Assembly: GCA_035627135.1 (NCBI GenBank)
Contig: DASPMI010000193.1
Coordinates: 1,708-65,707, forward strand
Length of the DNA stretch: 64,000 bases
Source of the DNA: Anaeromyxobacter sp.
GTDB taxonomy: Bacteria; Myxococcota; Myxococcia; Myxococcales; Anaeromyxobacteraceae
Direction of reading: 5' to 3'
Both the position numbers and the translations under genes were made by a program. The stretch's first letter is position 1. Each line of letters opens with the position of its first letter. Below the pieces are notes generated by a model. That model was not told the DNA's origin and searched no databases. It saw only the letters and a program-made list of their open reading frames with translations. Below are positions 10,031-19,491 of this stretch, one piece after another.

Positions 10031-11485
10031 GTGCCCCACCTCCGCCGCCTCTCGTCCCTGTTCCTGCACAGCCTCGCGCTGCTCGCCGCCGCCCCGGCCG
10101 CGGGGCTGCAGGCCGCCGCGCCGCTCGCCGGCGGCGGCCGCGCGCGCGGTCCGATGAGCCGGCTGCGCCGCTCGCTACGGGCCGCGACGGCCGAGGGGAT
10201 CGCGGCGGAGCTCGTCAACGCCTGCGCCGGCCCGACGATCCTGGCCGGCTGGGCGCTCCACCTCGGCGCGACGCCGCTCGAGGTGGGCGCGCTCGCCGCG
10301 ATCCCGCAGCTCGCGCAGCTCGTGCAGCTCCCGTCGGCGTGGGTGACGGCGGCGTTCGGGCGGCGGCGCGTCGCCATCGCCGCGGTCGCGCTCTCCCGCC
10401 AGGCGCTCCTGCCGCTCGCGGTCGCGCCGCTCCTCGGCGCCGGGGCCGAGGGCGGGCGCGTGCTCCTCCTCGCGGTCTCGGCCGCCTCCGCCGTCCTCGG
10501 GGTGCTCGGCAACAACGCCTGGACCGCGTGGATGGGCGAGCTCGTCCCCGAGGGGCTGCGGGGCCGCTACTTCGGGCGGCGGACCGCGCTCTGCACCTTC
10601 GGCGGCACGATCGCCGGCGTCGGCGTCGCGCGGCTCCTCGACGTCGCGGCCGCGCGCGGCGCGGCGGATCTGGCGCTCGCCGCGATGGCCGGCGCCGCTT
10701 GCCTGTTCGGGGCGGTGACCACGATCCTCATGTGCCGGCAGCACGACGTCGGCGGAAGCGCAGCGCTGCCGGCGCTCGCGGCGACGCTGCGGCCGCTCCA
10801 GGACCGCGGCGCCCGCGCGCTGCTCCGCTACCAGCTCGCCTGGAACGCGTCCGTCGCGGTGGGCGGGAGCTTCTTCACCTTCCACCTGCTCCACAACCTC
10901 CGCGTCGGGTTCACCGTCGTGGCCCTCCACGGCGCGGTCGCGGCCGCGACCCGCATCCTGGCGGCGCCGCTCTGGGGGCGCGCGATCGATCGGTTCGGCG
11001 CGCGCCCGGTGCTCGCCGCCTGCTCGTTCTCCGCGGCGACGCTCCCGCTCGTGTGGCTCGCGACGTCGCCGGACCTCGTGTGGCCGATCTACGTCGACGG
11101 GGTTATCAGCGGCGTCGCCTGGAGCGGCCACGGGCTCGCGAGCTTCGCGCTGCCGCTCTCGGTGGGCCCGCGGCGCGACCGGCCGTTCTACCTCGCGACC
11201 TTCGCGATGGTGGGCGGCGCGGCGTACGCGGCGGCGACCTGGGCGGGCGGGAGCCTCGCCGCGGCGCTCCCGCACGCCGTGGCCACGCTCGGCGCCCGCG
11301 GCGGCCACGGCCTCGAGGCGGTCTTCGCGCTCTCGGCGGCGGGCCGCTTCGCGAGCGCCTTCCTCGCGCTCCGGATCCGCGAGGAGGGCGCGCGCTCGCT
11401 CGGCGAGCTCCACCGCGCCGCGACCGGCGCGGCGCTCGGCGCGCTGGCCGAGGCGCGCGTGCGGGTGCGGCTCGGTCGTCCCTGA
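10031..11485 (+). CDS. MFS transporter (start uncertain)
   Basis: About 12 TM helices; WMGELVP..RGRYFGRR and WGRAIDRFGARPV motifs. Confidence 0.85.
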   Translation: MPHLRRLSSLFLHSLALLAAAPAAGLQAAAPLAGGGRARGPMSRLRRSLRAATAEGIAAELVNACAGPTILAGWALHLGATPLEVGALAAIPQLAQLVQLPSAWVTAAFGRRRVAIAAVALSRQALLPLAVAPLLGAGAEGGRVLLLAVSAASAVLGVLGNNAWTAWMGELVPEGLRGRYFGRRTALCTFGGTIAGVGVARLLDVAAARGAADLALAAMAGAACLFGAVTTILMCRQHDVGGSAALPALAATLRPLQDRGARALLRYQLAWNASVAVGGSFFTFHLLHNLRVGFTVVALHGAVAAATRILAAPLWGRAIDRFGARPVLAACSFSAATLPLVWLATSPDLVWPIYVDGVISGVAWSGHGLASFALPLSVGPRRDRPFYLATFAMVGGAAYAAATWAGGSLAAALPHAVATLGARGGHGLEAVFALSAAGRFASAFLALRIREEGARSLGELHRAATGAALGALAEARVRVRLGRP

Positions 11486-11495
11486 CGCCGGCGGA

Positions 11496-11990
11496 TCACT
11501 GCCGCCAGGTGTCCCACGCGCCCAGGGCGTCGGTCCCGAGCCCCTTCACGATCCGTACGTGCTCGACGTCCATCCACTCGTCCGTGGACATCCGGATGGC
11601 GTCCTCGTGCGTGCCGCCGCGCATGACGAGCCACGGCTCGCGCGCCAGCTCCTCGTCGACGAAGATCGGCAGGCCGAAGAGGCCGAGCGGGGGCTCGGCC
11701 CCTGGCTCGCACGGCTGGAACCGGGGGGCGAACTCGTCCTCGGGGGCGAGATCCGCGCTGATGGCCCCGGTGGCGAGCGCGAGCGCGCCGAGGTCGACCT
11801 TGCGGTCCGCCGCCACCACCGCGAGGACCAGCTCGCCGTCCAGGCTCACCACGACGGTCTTCGCGACCCGCATGCCGCTCACGTGCTCGGCGGCAGCGAG
11901 GCGCTGGGCGGGCACCGCGCGGGCGTGCGCCGTGTGCTCGTACGCGGGGTGATGCTGCTTCAGGTATTGATCGACGCGCTGCGGGATCAT
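11496..11990 (-). CDS. YbaK/ProX-type aminoacyl-tRNA deacylase family protein
   Basis: AKTVV lysine, CEPGAEPPLG, GGTHEDAIRM; ATG 11990 with SD GGAGG. Confidence 0.88.
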   Translation of the reverse strand: MIPQRVDQYLKQHHPAYEHTAHARAVPAQRLAAAEHVSGMRVAKTVVVSLDGELVLAVVAADRKVDLGALALATGAISADLAPEDEFAPRFQPCEPGAEPPLGLFGLPIFVDEELAREPWLVMRGGTHEDAIRMSTDEWMDVEHVRIVKGLGTDALGAWDTWRQ

Positions 11991-12213
11991 GACCGCCTCC
12001 GCAAAGGGGTTCACCCCCGCACTAATCATCGCGGCCGCGATGAGCGAGGGGGTGTCATCACACGGGGGCTGCGCCCCCGCCCCACCCGGCAGAGCCGGCG
12101 GGGCCCCACCCCTGCTACGCGGGGCCCTGTGCCGTGCTCGCCGCTTCGCGGCCGCGCGCGGCTGCTCCGCGGGGGAGGGGCTGGGCCCCTCCCCCAGCTT
12201 CGCTGGGCCTCCT

Positions 12214-13131
12214 CTACCCTTCGACGGGCGGGGTGGAGGCGTCGGCGTTCGGCGGCGCCGCACCCGCGCGGACCGCGCGCAGCGAGTCCCACGAGTACAG
12301 CGCGAGCGCGCCCCAGATGAAGGCGAACGCGACGGCGTGCGCGGTCGTGAACTCCTCGCGGTACACGAGCACCGCGAGCAGGAACTGCAGCGTCGGCGTG
12401 ACGTACTGGAGGAGCCCCACCGTCGAGAGGGGGAGGCTCCGGACGCCGAGGGCGAACCAGACGAGCGGGATGGCGGTGACGGGACCGGCGGCGACGAGGA
12501 GGAGGCTCGTACCTGCGCCCGCGCCGAAGGCGCCCGCGCCGTCCGCCGCGAGGACGCCGACCCACCCCAGCGCGAACGGGGCGAGGAGCGCGGTCTCGGC
12601 GAGCAGCCCGCCGACGGGGTCCACGCCGGCGCGCTTCCGGACGAGGCCGTAGAGGCCGAACGTGAGCGCGAGCGTCAGCGGGAGCCACGGGAGCTCGCCC
12701 CGGTCGACGACCAGCACGCCGACGCCCACGGCCGCGAGGACGATCGCCAGCGTCTGGACCCGCCGCAGCCGCTCGCGCAGGAACACCACGCCGAGGAGCA
12801 CGCTCACGAGCGGGTTCACGTAGTAGCCCAGGCTCGCCTGGAGGACGCGCCCTGCCTGGACCGCCCAGATGTACGTGCCCCAGTTTGCGGCGATGAGCAG
12901 CGCGCTCGCCGCGACGAGGTGGCGCTTGCGGGGACCGAGGGCCTCCCGCGCCGTGGCCCAGCGGCCGAGCAGCGGGGTGGCCACCGAGAGCAGGACCACC
13001 GACCACACCACCCGATGTGCGAGGACCTCGAGCGCGGGGACGTGCGCGAGCGCCTTGAAGTAGATCGGGAAGAACCCCCAGAAGCCGTAGGCGAGCAGGG
13101 CGGAACCGAGGCCGCGGGAGCGCGAGGACAC
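12214..13131 (-). CDS. rarD: EamA family transporter RarD
   Basis: WGFFPIY, EVLAHRVVWS, ASLGYYVNPL, GLLQYVTP; GTG 13131 preferred over ATG 13143. Confidence 0.93.
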   Translation of the reverse strand: MSSRSRGLGSALLAYGFWGFFPIYFKALAHVPALEVLAHRVVWSVVLLSVATPLLGRWATAREALGPRKRHLVAASALLIAANWGTYIWAVQAGRVLQASLGYYVNPLVSVLLGVVFLRERLRRVQTLAIVLAAVGVGVLVVDRGELPWLPLTLALTFGLYGLVRKRAGVDPVGGLLAETALLAPFALGWVGVLAADGAGAFGAGAGTSLLLVAAGPVTAIPLVWFALGVRSLPLSTVGLLQYVTPTLQFLLAVLVYREEFTTAHAVAFAFIWGALALYSWDSLRAVRAGAAPPNADASTPPVEG

Positions 13132-13167
13132 GGGGCGCACCATACCCCTGCGAGGCGGTTGCGCAAT

Positions 13168-13244
13168 GGGGCGTCGGGCCTCAGGCCTCGGGCCTCGGGC
13201 GGGCGAGTCCTTCCTGAGGCCTGAAGCCCGAAGCCCGAGGCCCC
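13168..13244. repeat. Family A REP-like element
   Basis: (ggcctcr)n left arm, (cctgagg/cctgaag/cccgaag)n right arm. Confidence 0.8.
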
Positions 13245-13283
13245 ACGGGAACGCGCGGTCTATTCTCGAGTGGCGAGGATCCC

Positions 13284-13736
13284 ATGCCCAAGGCGGACTG
13301 GAAGACCATCTGCTGCCCGATCGACTTCTCGGACGCGTCGCGCGCCGCCATGGAGGTGGCGGCCGATCTCGCGGCCCGGACCGGCGCGTCGCTGACGCTG
13401 CTCCACGCCTACCCCGTACCCGGCTACACGTTCCCGGACGGCTCGGTCGTCGCGAGCGCGCGCATGCTCCAGGAGCTCGCCGATCAGTCGGCGAAGCACC
13501 TCGCCGAGTGGAAGAGCCAGGCCGAGGCGCTCGGTGTACGGACCGTGAACGCCGAGACGGTGGTGGGCGAGCCCGCGGCGGAGATCGTCGCCTGGGCGCG
13601 CGAGCGGAAGACCGACCTGCTCGTGCTCGGGACGCACGGGCGGACCGGCCTCGAGCACGCGCTCATGGGATCGGTGGCGGAGAAGGTGGTCCGGCGGGCG
13701 CGGTGCCCGGTGCTGACGGTCCATCCCGGCTCGTGA
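13284..13736 (+). CDS. Universal stress protein
   Basis: ICCPIDFSDAS, DLLVLGTHGRTG, GSVAEKVVRRARCPVLTV. Confidence 0.95.
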   Translation: MPKADWKTICCPIDFSDASRAAMEVAADLAARTGASLTLLHAYPVPGYTFPDGSVVASARMLQELADQSAKHLAEWKSQAEALGVRTVNAETVVGEPAAEIVAWARERKTDLLVLGTHGRTGLEHALMGSVAEKVVRRARCPVLTVHPGS

Positions 13737-14226
13737 ACCCGCGCGTCGGGTCCGGCGCCGAGGCCGGTCCGTCCCCGAACCGCGCGGCGATCCGCGCCCG
13801 CCGGTGATCGAAGATCCGCCCGAGCGCGCGGCGCACGAACAGCGCGTGCGCGAGCGCTCCGAGCGGGCCGAGCGGGAGCTCGTACTCGACCCGGTCCGAG
13901 ACGCGCGTCCCGCCGGGCGCGTCCTCGAACACGTGGGTGTGGCGCCACAGCCGGTACGGGCCCGAGAGCTGGACGTCGACGAAGCGTACGCCGGGCTCCC
14001 AGGCCTCGAACCGCGTGCGCCAGCGGAACCCGACGCCGTACAGGGAGAGCCTGTAGTCGATGAGCGCGCCGGGGGCCATGGGGATGGGCCCGGGAGTGGT
14101 GACCCGGAAGCGCAGGAACTGCGGGGTGATCGCCTCGAGGTTGAACGCGTCGCCGAAGAACGCGAAGACCTCGGCCCGCGGGGCCGGGACGAGCTGCGAA
14201 CGTTCGAGGACGTGGCGGCGCGCCAT
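13663..14226 (-). CDS. SRPBCC family protein
   Basis: NLEAITP, FVDVQLSGPYRLWRHTHVF motifs; 3' end overlaps the USP gene. Confidence 0.88.
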   Translation of the reverse strand: MARRHVLERSQLVPAPRAEVFAFFGDAFNLEAITPQFLRFRVTTPGPIPMAPGALIDYRLSLYGVGFRWRTRFEAWEPGVRFVDVQLSGPYRLWRHTHVFEDAPGGTRVSDRVEYELPLGPLGALAHALFVRRALGRIFDHRRARIAARFGDGPASAPDPTRGFTSRDGPSAPGTAPAGPPSPPPIP

Positions 14227-14365
14227 CGCGGCGATGTAGCGGGGGAGGGGGCCGCGCGCCGCGCGGTTTGGCTGGCGGTGAGGCCCGTTCGAGGGTAGGA
14301 AGCGGCAGCCGGCGCGGCCGGGACGCGTTTGCGCGGCGCGGGCCGCGCATCGGGGAGGAGACGAC

Positions 14366-15352
14366 ATGGCGAACCTCACGACGAGCTTCATGGGCCTCAC
14401 CCTGCCGACGCCGCTCGTCCTCGGGAGCTCGGCGCTCTCGAACCGGCTCGAGAACCTCCAGGCCGCCGAGAGCCACGGCGCGGGCGCGGTGGTGCTCCGG
14501 TCGCTGTTCGAGGAGCAGATCGAGGCCGCCGACAGCGCGCTGCAGGACGAGCTCTCGCGCGGCGCCGAGGCGAGCGCCGAGGCCCGCACGTTCTTCCCGC
14601 CGCAGCGGGTCGGGCCGCACGACTACCTCGAGTTCCTCTCGAACGCGAAGAAGGCGCTCCGGATCCCGGTGATCGCGAGCCTCAACTGCGTCGCCCCGGG
14701 GAGCTGGACCGAGTACGCGAAGGAGATCGAGTCCGCCGGCGCCGACGCGCTCGAGGTGAACGTCTACGCCGTCGAGGCCGATCCGGCCCGGAGCGGCGCC
14801 GACGTCGAGAAGCGCTACCTCGAGGCCGTCGCCGAGGTGAAGGGCTCGGTCCGGATCCCGGTCGCGGTGAAGCTCTCGCCGTACTTCAGCTCGCTCGCGA
14901 ACTTCGTCTCGAAGCTCGACAGCCTCGGCGTGAACGGGCTCGTCCTCTTCAACCGGTTCCTCCAGCCCGACATCTCGCTCGACCGGATGGCGGCGACGCC
15001 GAGCATGACGCTGTCGTCGCCCGCCGAGGCGCTGGTGCCGCTCCGCTGGATCGGGATCCTCCACGGGCGCACCCGCGCGCAGCTCGCGGCGTCGACCGGC
15101 ATCTACGACGCCGCGGGCGTCGTGAAGCAGCTTCTCGCCGGCGCGCAGGTCGTGCAGCTCGCGTCGGCCCTCGTCAAGAACGGCATCCCGCACCTCGGCA
15201 AGGTGGCGGCGGGCCTGGACGACTGGCTGGAGAGCCGCGGCGCCGACGGCGTGGACGAGATCCGCGGCTCCCTCTCGCAGCGGGAGATCCAGGACCCGGC
15301 GACGTTCGAGCGCGCGCAGTACGTGCACTTGATCCTGAGCCAGAATATCTGA
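14366..15352 (+). CDS. Dihydroorotate dehydrogenase-like flavoprotein
   Basis: GAGAVVLRSLFEEQI, PVAVKLSPYF, LFNRFLQPDI, FERAQY. Confidence 0.88.
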   Translation: MANLTTSFMGLTLPTPLVLGSSALSNRLENLQAAESHGAGAVVLRSLFEEQIEAADSALQDELSRGAEASAEARTFFPPQRVGPHDYLEFLSNAKKALRIPVIASLNCVAPGSWTEYAKEIESAGADALEVNVYAVEADPARSGADVEKRYLEAVAEVKGSVRIPVAVKLSPYFSSLANFVSKLDSLGVNGLVLFNRFLQPDISLDRMAATPSMTLSSPAEALVPLRWIGILHGRTRAQLAASTGIYDAAGVVKQLLAGAQVVQLASALVKNGIPHLGKVAAGLDDWLESRGADGVDEIRGSLSQREIQDPATFERAQYVHLILSQNI

Positions 15353-15368
15353 CCTCGGTCGAGGTCCG

Positions 15369-15433
15369 AGGCTCCAGGCTTCAGGCTTCAGGAAAGACTT
15401 CGGCGTCGTTCCTGTAGCCCGTAGCCTGTAGCC
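15369..15433. repeat. Family A REP-like element
   Basis: ggctccaggcttcaggcttcagg ... cctgtagcccgtagcctgtagcc. Confidence 0.85.
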
Positions 15434-15479
15434 GCCCCCCGCGTTTCTGTTCTCAGACGGCGCCGCGGCTGCTAGACCA

Positions 15480-16166
15480 TTGCCTCCAGCCATGGAACGG
15501 CCGCGCCCCGCCCTGCCCGAGGAGCCTGCTCCGCCGCAGCCCGGCGCGCAGCGGCACGGCCCGCGCCACTCGCTCGGCCAGAGCTTCGGCTGGGCGTGGG
15601 CGGGCCTCGCGGGCGCGGCGGTGCGCGAGCGCAACATGCGGATCCACCTCGCGCTCGGGATCCTCGCGAGCGCCGCGGCGAGCCTCCTCCCCGTCGCCGG
15701 CGGCGAGCGGGCGCTGCTCCTCCTGGCGGTCGCGCTCGTGGTCGCCGGCGAGGCGGCCAACTCCGCGCTCGAGGCCGTCGTGGATCTCGTCTCGCCCCAC
15801 TGGAACGTGCGCGCGCGCGTGGCGAAGGACGCGGCGGCGGGCGCCGTGCTCGCGCTCGCCGGCGGGAGCGTGGTCATCCTCGTCGCGATCGCCCTGCCCG
15901 CGCTCCACCGCGTCGACGCGTGGGCGAGGCTCGGCGCGGGCGCCGCCGGCGCGGTCCTGGCCGCGGGCGCGGCGTGGTTCCTTCCGCGGCACGGCCGCCG
16001 GCCGCCGGCCGTGGACCACGCCGTCCTCGCGGTGGGGCTCTCCGGGCTCGCGCTCGTCGCCTGGGCCGCCGACGGGATCGCGGGCGTCGCCGCTGCCGCG
16101 CTCCTGCTCGCGGTCGCGGCCGGGGGCGCGGTGCGGCGGCGGAGGGACAGCGAGCGGGGGACCTGA
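15480..16166 (+). CDS. Diacylglycerol/undecaprenol kinase (DgkA family) with extra C-terminal TM helices
   Basis: ERNMRIH, EAANSALEAVVDL, AKDAAAGAVL; start may be ATG 15492. Confidence 0.85.
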   Translation: MPPAMERPRPALPEEPAPPQPGAQRHGPRHSLGQSFGWAWAGLAGAAVRERNMRIHLALGILASAAASLLPVAGGERALLLLAVALVVAGEAANSALEAVVDLVSPHWNVRARVAKDAAAGAVLALAGGSVVILVAIALPALHRVDAWARLGAGAAGAVLAAGAAWFLPRHGRRPPAVDHAVLAVGLSGLALVAWAADGIAGVAAAALLLAVAAGGAVRRRRDSERGT

Positions 16167-16205
16167 AGCGCCCCGAACGGGCGTTTCGGGCCCGTGGGGG
16201 AAGGT

Positions 16206-16220
16206 TTAGACGCAGTCTAA
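16206..16220. promoter_or_regulatory. Palindromic operator TTAGAC-GCA-GTCTAA (PerR/Fur-like candidate)
   Basis: Perfect 6-3-6 inverted repeat about 32 nt upstream of ATG 16253. Confidence 0.6.
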
Positions 16221-16252
16221 GCGCGGGACGAACACCCAGGAGCCTCTCCTCC

Positions 16253-17683
16253 ATGAGCACCCCCGAATCGCCGTCCGACAAGCGCATCTCGTACCTGCCC
16301 ACCCCCGGGCTCTCCTACGATCCGTCGGAGCCGAAGTACTGGGACCGGGCGGCGCTGGACGGCGAGGTCCAGCGCGCGTTCGAGATCTGTCACGGCTGCC
16401 GGATGTGCTTCAAGTACTGCGAGACCTTCCCCTCGCTCTTCTCGCTCATCGACGACACGCACGACGGCGACGTCCGCAAGCTCACCGCCGCGGAGACCGC
16501 GGGCGTCATGGACACGTGCTTCCAGTGCAAGCTGTGCGAGGTCCAGTGCCCGTACACGCCGCGCGACGGCCACGAGTTCCAGCTCGACTTCCCGAAGCTC
16601 GTCCACCGGTACCGCGGCGTCACGCGCAAGGGCACCCGGCGCTCGCTCCGCCAGCGCGTGCTCAACGACCCCGACGCGAGCGGGAAGATGGCGCGGATGT
16701 CGGCGGGGCTCGCCAACGTGATGAACCGGAGCCGGACCTTCCGCGTCCTCCTCGAGAAGACCGCCGGCGTGCACCGGGACAAGCTCCTGCCCGACTTCGC
16801 CTCGCAGGCGTTCGACGACTGGGCGGCGAAGCACGGCTACGTGAAGCCGGAGCCCGGCGGGGAGGCGGTGCTCTTCCAGACCTGCTACGTGCAGCACAAC
16901 GAGACGCAGATCGGCAAGGACGCGCTCGAGGTGCTGCAGCGCTGCGGGGTGGACGTACGGGTCGTGAAGGGGCTCGCCTGCTGCGGCATGCCCGCGTGGG
17001 AGCACGGCGACCTCGAGGCGGTGCGAGCGCAGGCGCACCGCGACCTCGACCTGCTCTCCCCGTACGTCGAGCGCGGGGCGAAGGTGCTGGTCGTGAACCC
17101 CACCTGCTCGATGATGATGCGGCGCGAGTGGCCGCACCTGCTCGAGGGCGAGGACCGCGCACGCGCCGAGAAGCTCGCCGCGGCGGTGATGGACGTCTCC
17201 GAGTTCCTCTGGTCGATCCGGAACGAGCCCCGGTTCGACGCCGGGTTCAAGTCGGCGCCAGCCGGCGGCAAGGTCGCCTACCACGCCCCCTGCCACCTGC
17301 GGGCGCAGGGCGTCGGGTTCAAGGGGCGCGACCTCGTCCGCCGGGTCCCCGGCGTCACCATCGCCGGCTCGGTCATCGAGTGCTGCGGCCACGACGGCAC
17401 GTACGCCATGACCGTCGAGGGCTTCGCGCCGTCGATCCGCGTCGGCGGCAAGGCGTTCGAGGGCATGAAGGCGGCCGAGGCCGACGTGTGGGTCACCGAC
17501 TGCCCGCTCGCCGCGCTCCAGTTCCAGCAGCACGCGGGCAAGAAGCCGATCCACCCGATGACGTTCCTCGCCCGCGCGTACCGGGAGGACGGGTTCGGGC
17601 GGCCTGGGCCCGAGGGCCTGCCGGGCTCGGGCTCGGGCGCGGGCTCGAGCACGGGAACAGCGAAGAAGGAGGACGGGACGTGA
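16253..17683 (+). CDS. Fe-S oxidoreductase with two 4Fe-4S motifs and CCG domains (GlpC/HdrD-like)
   Basis: CHGCRMCFKYC, CFQCKLCEVQCP, ACCG, ECCG, TDCP. Confidence 0.9.
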   Translation: MSTPESPSDKRISYLPTPGLSYDPSEPKYWDRAALDGEVQRAFEICHGCRMCFKYCETFPSLFSLIDDTHDGDVRKLTAAETAGVMDTCFQCKLCEVQCPYTPRDGHEFQLDFPKLVHRYRGVTRKGTRRSLRQRVLNDPDASGKMARMSAGLANVMNRSRTFRVLLEKTAGVHRDKLLPDFASQAFDDWAAKHGYVKPEPGGEAVLFQTCYVQHNETQIGKDALEVLQRCGVDVRVVKGLACCGMPAWEHGDLEAVRAQAHRDLDLLSPYVERGAKVLVVNPTCSMMMRREWPHLLEGEDRARAEKLAAAVMDVSEFLWSIRNEPRFDAGFKSAPAGGKVAYHAPCHLRAQGVGFKGRDLVRRVPGVTIAGSVIECCGHDGTYAMTVEGFAPSIRVGGKAFEGMKAAEADVWVTDCPLAALQFQQHAGKKPIHPMTFLARAYREDGFGRPGPEGLPGSGSGAGSSTGTAKKEDGT

Positions 17684-18240
17684 GGCACGTGCGCCGCGAG
17701 GAGATCCTGCCCCTGGACGTCTACGAGCGGTCCCGCGACGAGATCCGCCGCGGCATCATGGAGGCGAAGCGGCTCCGGCGCGTGACCGCCGGTGGCGTGC
17801 TCACGTTCCTGTTCGAGAACACCGCCACGATGCGCTACCAGGTCCAGGAGATGTGCCGGGCCGAAGGGCTCCGGCGCGAGGAGGAGATCGCCCACGAGCT
17901 CGAGACGTACAACGAGCTCCTGGGTGGGAAGGGCGAGCTCGGCGTCTCGCTCCTCATCGAGGAGGCCGACCCCGCGGAGCGCGATCGGAAGCTGCGGGCG
18001 TGGCTCGACCTGCCCCGTCATCTGTACGTGAAGCTCGAGGACGGCGAGAAGGTCCGGCCCCGGTACGACGAGCGGCAGGTCGGCGAGGACCGCCTCTCCT
18101 CGGTGCAGTACCTCAAGTTCGACGTCCGCGGGCGCGTGCCCGTGGCGGTGGGCTCCGACCTGCCCGCGCTCTCCGTGGAGAGTCCCCTGGATCCGGCACA
18201 GCGCGAGGCGCTCGCGCAGGATCTCCGATCGGACTCCTGA
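17680..18240 (+). CDS. DUF3501 family protein
   Basis: FLFENTATMRYQVQEM, ELETYNELL, RLSSVQYLKF; GTGA overlap with upstream gene. Confidence 0.9.
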   Translation: MRHVRREEILPLDVYERSRDEIRRGIMEAKRLRRVTAGGVLTFLFENTATMRYQVQEMCRAEGLRREEEIAHELETYNELLGGKGELGVSLLIEEADPAERDRKLRAWLDLPRHLYVKLEDGEKVRPRYDERQVGEDRLSSVQYLKFDVRGRVPVAVGSDLPALSVESPLDPAQREALAQDLRSDS

Positions 18241-18512
18241 CCACCCGGCCTTCGCGGCGCTCGCGCCGAGGGGTGAACGGGGAGGTTCACCGGCAGCCTA
18301 TGTGGGGCGAACCGGTCCGTTCGCCCGTCGCTATCGTGCGGAAGCGCAGGGCGATCTGGCGCCAGGAGGCGAGCAGGCGTCGGCCCGCCGCTGGACCCGC
18401 GTCCGCTGCGGTGGCAGGATGCGCACATCGACTCAGTCTTGCAGCCGCAAGACCACCGGGCAGGGCGGCGGGGGGTTCCTGTCCCCGGCGTGCGTGTCGC
18501 GCGGAGGCGCGA

Positions 18513-19367
18513 ATGACAGTGGGCGTGGGCTCCGGCAATTTGCACTCCGTGCCCCTCGAGGCCCAGGAACCGTCCGCCGACTCCGCGCCGAGCGATCTCG
18601 CGCCGGCGTCGTTCGATCTGTTCGCGGGCCACGATCGCCAGCCGATCCCCGGCCGGCTCGATCTGAACGAGGTCCGGCGGCTGCTCGACGAGGGCCGGTT
18701 CTGGACCGAGTACCAGCCGCTCGTCCACGCCCGCACCGGGAAGACCTCGGCGTTCGAGGCGCTGGCGCGCTTCTCCCACCGGGACGGCAGGCCCGTGGCC
18801 CCGGCGCGCGTCTTCTCGCTCCTCCACGCCGACCCCGGGCTGCTCGTCCGCGCGGAGCTCACCCTCAAGCTCCAGCAGGTCGAGCACGCGCCGCGCGCCC
18901 CGCTGTTCGTGAACCTCGACCCGGACTCCTGGACGCGCGCGGGCGATCGGAACCGGAACCCCTTCATGGCGCTCTTCGCCTCGGCCGGCGTCCGCGTCGT
19001 CGTGGAGGTGACCGAGGCGCTCGCCACCGCCGACGTGGTCCGCTCGCAGCAGATGATCTCCGCGCTCCGGTCCCGCCGGATCTCGTTCGCCCTCGACGAC
19101 ATCGGCACGGCCAACGGGCTCATCTCGTTCGAGGCCATCGCGGACGCCGAGGTCCTCAAGTTCGACCGGACCCTCATCCCGCGCCTGCGCCACCCGCGCT
19201 GCCGCGCCCTGGTGAGCGCCCTCATCCACATGGCGCAGGAGACCGGCGCGCGGACGGTGCTCGAGGGCGTGGAGACCACCGGCGACTTCGTGGTCGCCCG
19301 GGACCTCGGGATCGACATGGTGCAGGGGTATCTGTTCCGCGATCGGGCTCGGGTGGCCGGTCGGTGA
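18513..19367 (+). CDS. Stand-alone EAL-domain c-di-GMP phosphodiesterase
   Basis: YQP, EAL, FVNL, EVTE, LDDIGT, KFD, EGVET, QGYLF all present. Confidence 0.9.
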   Translation: MTVGVGSGNLHSVPLEAQEPSADSAPSDLAPASFDLFAGHDRQPIPGRLDLNEVRRLLDEGRFWTEYQPLVHARTGKTSAFEALARFSHRDGRPVAPARVFSLLHADPGLLVRAELTLKLQQVEHAPRAPLFVNLDPDSWTRAGDRNRNPFMALFASAGVRVVVEVTEALATADVVRSQQMISALRSRRISFALDDIGTANGLISFEAIADAEVLKFDRTLIPRLRHPRCRALVSALIHMAQETGARTVLEGVETTGDFVVARDLGIDMVQGYLFRDRARVAGR

Positions 19368-19373
19368 TTCCCC

Positions 19374-19450
19374 CAGGGCTGCAGGCGCCGGGGCTTCAGG
19401 AACCGCGCCCGGGGCTCTTCCCGTAGGCTGCAGCCCGTAGCCCGTAGCCT
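19374..19450. repeat. Family A REP-like element
   Basis: gggctgcagg..ggcttcagg ... cccgtaggctgcagcccgtagcccgtagcc. Confidence 0.78.
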
Positions 19451-19491
19451 CCCTGTAGACGCTCGTCCGCGCCAGCGGTACACCGAGGCCC

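Noticed and set aside
13663-13736. Convergent USP/SRPBCC overlap as an antisense regulatory system
   Set aside because: The overlapping tail is low-complexity read-through, common in high-GC genomes; nothing else supports a function
18241-18512. c-di-GMP-I or cGAMP riboswitch before the EAL gene
   Set aside because: The GNRA-tetraloop/receptor architecture and conserved joining residues could not be found by eye
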